Positions 57,738 to 64,000 of a stretch of DNA of 64,000 nt are shown here, one piece after another. The notes beneath the pieces were generated by a model. The model worked only from the letters and a program-made list of their open reading frames with translations. It did no database searches and was not told where the DNA came from. The stretch is from Flaccisagitta enflata (taxonomy: Eukaryota). Location: assembly GCA_965153355.1 (NCBI GenBank), contig OZ231126.1, positions 16,988,001-17,052,000 of the forward strand, in the 5' to 3' direction. Each line of letters starts with the position of its first letter. Position 1 is the stretch's first letter. Both the position numbers and the translations under genes were made by a program.

Positions 57738-60700
57738 CTGAAGGATAAAAATTGAAAAAAAAAGATGAATTTTGCTTTTACGTAACTTTAAATCGATAAT
57801 GTGGTTGATTACCTTGACCCAAGATAGATTGCATCGAATAAACTCTGTCTTTATGGTTTTTGATGCGTCCTCGCATCCTAAACTTTTAGAGAGAGCCTGT
57901 ACCTCCGTTGGTCCGCCAGTGGCGTGTTCAGGAATTCCCAAAAATCCAAAAAACGCCTGTGCAGAAAGTTTGGACACGTTATGAGGTTTGCATGACACAA
58001 AAAAATCATCAGCCGGGATTTTCTCTGAGTCCTCTGACCTCACCACTTCTTTAAAGTTGGCCTGTCAGGGCCAAAAAAAGGTGTTTGATGTACAACCCTC
58101 AAAATTGAAATATTGCAAGAATGGTCAAAATTTTGCCAAAAGTCTTCATTCTTGGGTAGGAAAGGTGGTGGGGTGGGTGGGTAGGGGGAGGTGCCCCATG
58201 GGGTGGGGGCAATGGGGTCAAATTGGCCAAAATTCATGTCCTGATGGAGGTGGTTGTAAAAAATGACAAAAGTTCAAAATGTTGATTTTTTTTGTTAAAA
58301 CATGTTGCAACTCGATGATTTTAGCAAAAAAAAATAAAACAAATGTAAATTGGAATCATGGCCCATGACATGGGTCAAAAATGCCAAATAAGAGCCCTGG
58401 TGGTTTTTGTTGATTTTCAGGTACCAACCATTCAACTTTGGTTGAAGGCTGATATCTCATAATGTGTCCAAACTTTCTGCATTGGCTTTTTTTTTTTGCA
58501 TTTTTGGGAAATCCAAAACACGCCACTCTGTCGCGCCGTAAAATTCATTAATTTATCTTTGCCCATACGATGTCTCAGAAACAACTCACAATCAGGTTCA
58601 AATGCGTCTCTGGAGCTCGACAATCTTTTAGTTAAAGGATGTTCTAGCTCCCATACGCATCTACCATTGAGTTTCTGATCTCTGAAATTCGGTGAAAAAC
58701 AGCGCCTCCAGACTCCAGTATCTCTATCTTTGCTTAAAAAAAAGTGAGCAAAACATAAAACGGTTTTTTGACATCTTACATTTTCTTGGAAAAGTTATGA
58801 TAGATCCGGAGTAAATACCATTTAGTGCCCCAAAGGCTGTTCTTTTTAGTCGCGTGCTACGCGACTCTACACCCCGCTATGTCGGTCCGTCGGTTGGTTG
58901 TTTAGTCAGTTGGTCGGTTGGTCGGTCGGTCGGCCGGTCCCCTTTTTACTTTTACGGCGTTTTTGAGCTTTTTGAGCCTACTGCTCCTGCCGAAATGCAC
59001 TAATGACCTTCTCCAGCACCGCTCCTGCCCACCCGCACGCGACTGGGGTAGCCGTGTATCCGGCCTTGTTTTTTTCTGAACAGATGGTGCTTAGGCAGTT
59101 ATGTTGTTTAAAAACATTCATGCAATTTCTTCCAATCTCGAGTTTTACTTTTAGTTGGATGTTTGGGCGAACTGGTTTGATTCAATGGACAATTTCAAGA
59201 TGTACATACAGTGGGGTTCGTGGAATGACAGCCTAAACTGGAGGTAGGTATTTAAGTGTCCTAATTTCATTTGACAAATTTGATATTTGAAATACCAGTA
59301 ATGGCGGCTGTCGCCGTGAGGAAAAAAGTCGTAAACGTTGGTCACTTTTCACCAAGCTTTTGTTTTTAGTCGCTGCAAATATTTTTTTATCAAATAAAAT
59401 CATGAGTAATCTTATGTATTGATTGCACTGAAAATCAGAAAAAACGGACTGAGCCAAATAAGCTAGATGAGCTAAAATGCTCAAAATCACTCAACCAGAC
59501 AACTAGCTTTGCTCACTGACATACTTTCTTGTATTTTCATGCTCACATCAAAACATTTATCCTATTAAAAAAAAAAGAAAAAAAAAAAAGACTGAGCTAA
59601 ATGAGCTAAGTAAGCTAGAATGCTTAAAAACACCCTCACAGATGAGCAGTGATGCTCACTGATATGTTTTTTTGTATCTGCTTGCTTAAACATGTATCAG
59701 AATATTTATTCAATTATCACATTTGAAATAAAAACAACTGAGCTAAATGAGCTAAATGAGCTATAATCCTCCAAAACACCCTCACAGATAAGCAGCTATG
59801 CTCATAAACATGTCTTGTAATTCCATACTCAAACAAACATAAAAACACTCCTTTATTGATCCTACTTAAAATCATATAAAATCCAAAAAAATTCAATTTG
59901 AATTTTTCGTAAATAAATCTTTAAAAAATCATAACGCAAAAAATATTTGTCGTAGAGAATTCTGCTTGGCGCCAAATGAAAGAGAATTATCAAATTTACT
60001 TACCCCTTTAATTTCATTGGAGGCCTCAATCGCCCTAATGAGTTCCGAAACTTTCGCATAAGAAAATGAAAACCCTGTTTTGAATATGTCAAAAGTCGAA
60101 GACTGACTTCGACTTTTTTTCCCGATAGTTATTCAATCTACTTTATCCCGATACTGCCATGAAACGTACTTTTTAAATATCGCGACTATTAATAATATTC
60201 GACAAACATATTGTGGGAACATTGCTCAGAATGACGTTGCAACCACGGTATGTGCCTTTGAAGAATATTGCTCGCCTACGCCAGCAATCGCTAAACGATG
60301 CCCCCTACAACGGCCAAACTGGCAATATTCTTACAGAACATACTGTGGGGAAAGTTCAGAAAATTTTGATTCTGATGAACGGCTCCCGATAATATTTGTC
60401 AAAATAGTGATATTTTAGTGCTTATAAATGCCTGAAAAAATTTGTTTCCATAGCAACCAAAAAACTCAGGACAAAAGATTGATTGAACAACTTATATTTC
60501 AAATACTGTTCTGCAACGAAATAAAGCACTTAAATTCCTTTTCCCAGTTTATGCTATTCCACGAACTCCCACTCAGAAGAATTCCTCAAGATGGTGCCCG
60601 TATTGATAAATTCCCATTGAACCGTTTCTTCTCGGCCTGAGATATCTTTTTTTCCTACCCATGATAGAGACGTGAGATTTTAACGATTTCAGATAGTTTT

Positions 60701-60795
60701 AAGTAATCTATCTCTTTTTAAGCTGCAGATTTAATTATTGGCCCCCAGATTTTTGCCGAAAGGATATTGGATACGGTTGGGCGCAAGGTGAAACG

Positions 60796-61002
<207 letters not shown>

Positions 61003-61699
61003 GAAATAAGAAAAAACAAGGCCAACACCTATAAGTCGCGTGCGAGACTCACAGATTAAAAATGACTTAGAATGACTTTAAATGACTCAGTACAACTTAG
61101 AATGACTTAAAATGACCTGAAATGACCAAAAAGGACTTAAAATGACAAAATGACCTAATGACCAAAAATGACTTAGAATGACCTAAAATGACTTAAAATG
61201 ACTTAGAATGACTAAAAATGACTTAAAGAAATAAAAGCGATAAAAAAAGTAAAGTGTGACCGACCAACTGACCGACCAACCGACGCGACAGATGGACAGA
61301 CAAAGCGGGTTGTAGAGTCGCGTGCACGCGGCTAAAAACGCATTTTCTGATCACGTCGCGTCAAAGGCGGTTTAACGGAGTGAGTGTGGACGTGCCTCTA
61401 CTAATTTCTATCATTGTGTCATGTACTACCTAGGAAATAAGTTTAGCATCAAGTTCTGTTGAGCATACGTCGCTTTAATCTTAACGAATCGATAAAAATT
61501 CCATGACTAAAATGATCTACATTAAATTATCTTTCAGTGTAGACCAACCGGGGATTACTGGCTCAAGCCGTTTGAAAGTTACAGCGGAAAACATAAAAAC
61601 CTTCAAATGCGATTTTGCAAAAAAAATGATCAGTTTATTTTCATGTTACTCCGATGTATCGCAGCTTGGAGCCTGTGAACTTCACAGCCAATTCCCAGC

Positions 61700-61939
61700 A
61701 CCAAACTCCTCCCGGATTGGCCTGGCAATTTGCTGGATCTTAATCTGATAGGAAATTTTTGGTCGCAGATGCAGAATATGCAGCGGCGGGAATACGCTAC
61801 TTCAATTGAGGGCCTGAAAAGAATTGCATTGAAGGTGTGGAGACAAGTCACGCCATTTTACCTAAAAGCCTTGTACAAATTGATGTTGGCAAGAATGCAG
61901 GCAATGATTAGCTGGGAAAGACACCATACCAAGTATTGA
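61700..61939 (+). pseudogene. Tc1 transposase C-terminal remnant
   Basis: LDLNLIGNFW...LKRIALKVWRQV...LYKLMLARMQAMI...HTKY is a decayed form of SPDLNPIENLW...W..I...L..SM..R...VI...G..TKY. Confidence 0.75.
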
Positions 61940-64000
61940 GAACCGTTTGAACATGTTTTTGTATCACTCTAGGCGATAGATGAACTGACACTCATTTTGA
62001 TGCTAAACTTATTTCCAAGGTAGTATTTCTAGTTTGCATTTCTCTATTTTTTTCTTCTTTTTTTTTGTTTAGGGCCTGAGCAGAGTGAGTGAGCAACCCA
62101 AGCCCGGGCGATTTTGCATTTTTTTCAACAATACAATACACTATACAATTTTTCAAAGTATTGGGCCAATACAATACAATAACAATACCGGGATCCTACT
62201 GTTTATAAAATCTATCCTCCAGTCTAGATCGTCTTTGCTCCCATTGTACTGTAGCTCTGACAGAGTGGGACCTTCCTGACGGAGGTACACCAACCTACAT
62301 GTAACTGTGGAGACATTTCGTCCGTCGCTTCCTCCCACTTTTTAGTTGCGGACACGCAACTCTATAAAAAGCTTTGTCCGTCCGTTGGTCCGTCAGTCGG
62401 TCTGTTAGTCGGTCCGTCATGGTGATCGAGTTAGCGAGGCGACCGATACTTTTGTGCCATGTTTGAGTGTTGGAAGTGGCAGGGAATTGGATGAGACTTG
62501 GATGCCCCTGCCCACCCGTCCGCAACGATATTGTGACCCCGCGTCACTTGTTTCCCTTAGTTTGCATCAATCATGACGGTTCCATTGCCTTCCAGCTCTT
62601 GCATGGTGGGGGTTGATATAAGTTGTGAATGTAATAGTGTAAATACAGGTAAACCCCGCAATAGCGGATGTCAAGGGACTGACAAATTGAATCTGTTTCT
62701 AGTGGATTTCCATTGTTCGGCATAGGAAATTAAAAGAAATTGCCTAAAGGGACTAGAATTTGATATCCGTCACAGCCAAATCAAGGTGGATTTCCGTTAC
62801 TGAGTCCTAGCGGGGTATAACTATCTAACTCTGAAAAATCCGATCAATATAAACAAGGCCGGATACACAGCTACTCCAGTCACTTTTGTATGGGCAGCCG
62901 GCATATCTTAGGTCACTTGATCATCTGGGCAACAGCCCTGAGGCCAAATACAGCATAAGTCCAAAAAAAGTGTGACAGACAGATGGACCACGGACCAATG
63001 GACTGACAAAGCAAGGTGTGGAAAACGTAGCACACGACTGAAAAGCTGCCCAAAGAAAGAATGCAGTTGAGCTTTACTAGCTTCACTAGAAAGCTTACAG
63101 TCAACAGACTGGAAAAATGAAATTTCTTAGAGGATTAAAACTTCCATGCCTTATTAGCGGGTGCACTCTACCGGGGTTTTACGCACTACCTGTGAATCGC
63201 TGATCTAACGGAAATTAGCTATCGAAGCAGACCAGGACACCTCAATTACTTCTGTGTTACTGACAGGTTACTGAATTGAATTGCCATTATTTTGACATGA
63301 AAAGATAAATGGTAGTATCGTTCAGACTTCAGAGTGCATGTCAAGTTGACATTGACAATGTAAGATATGTAAAGGGACTGCTTTAAAAGATTGTGCCTCA
63401 CAGTAAAGTTGCCTCATTGCAACCAAACGCAGTACACAATCTCTCATAGACGGGTACAAGTCGGGTACATGCTTAAATAGCAGGTGTGCAATAGCTGTGA
63501 TACACTGCGTTCTGCGGCCTACTCAGTTCTGGCTTTTTCCTGTGGGTAACACTAACAGGGATACGACCCAAGGCCAACGATCTGGTTTTGGGGTGGTGAG
63601 AAATGAGGTCTTTGCAACTCTTTCAGACATAGACGTGTAAGGAACTGTAAGAATGGCTACATCGATGGATGGACTGTCTAAACCGTCAGATGGATTTAGG
63701 GTATGATGAAAATGAAGATATCTTGGAGATGCTAGATGGACAGAGCATTTAATCTGAGTTCAACAATACAGTCGGGTAGTGTAATGACGATATATGGCAC
63801 AAAACGAACACGACCTTTTGTTAAGAACTAGAATCTATAACTAAACCTGAAAAGAGGAAGATTCTAATCAACTTCCCTGGCCAGTGAAGAGGACGTTCCT
63901 TTTCCTTTGCGAAGATGTCCCTTGTATTACCTCAAGTCCAGCCAAGGAAAAAAAAGTTTCTATTACGTCTAATCTGTCAAAAAGTTCGATGCTTTTCGAT

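Overview
Repeat-rich eukaryotic DNA, most likely from an invertebrate animal. (1) Positions 1-~6520 hold a compact, same-strand gene cluster that reads as the virion-morphogenesis end of a Polinton/Maverick (adintovirus-like) endogenous dsDNA virus. It encodes a minor capsid (penton) protein, a small Lys-rich protein, a major capsid protein, an adenain-type cysteine protease, a single-pass membrane protein and an Arg-rich core-like protein. Unusually, the capsid and core genes are split by short GT-AG introns. Manual splicing restores open frames: MCP about 476 aa from 8 exons, penton 543 aa or more from 2 exons. Several introns carry host-type microsatellites or a host repeat, while the exons stay intact. 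(2) A minus-strand TRH-receptor-like GPCR gene has exons from 32924 down to about 19324. I could not find its TM6-TM7 exons, so the viral element may lie inside one of its introns. (3) The 3' part of a minus-strand U-shaped/FOG (ZFPM) zinc-finger gene lies at 57737-52344, with an unresolved frame break near 55.2 kb. The rest is Helentron-associated (HINE/DINE-1-like) repeats, Tc1/mariner and hAT MITEs, minisatellites and microsatellites. All family assignments come from motif recognition by eye; no searches were run.
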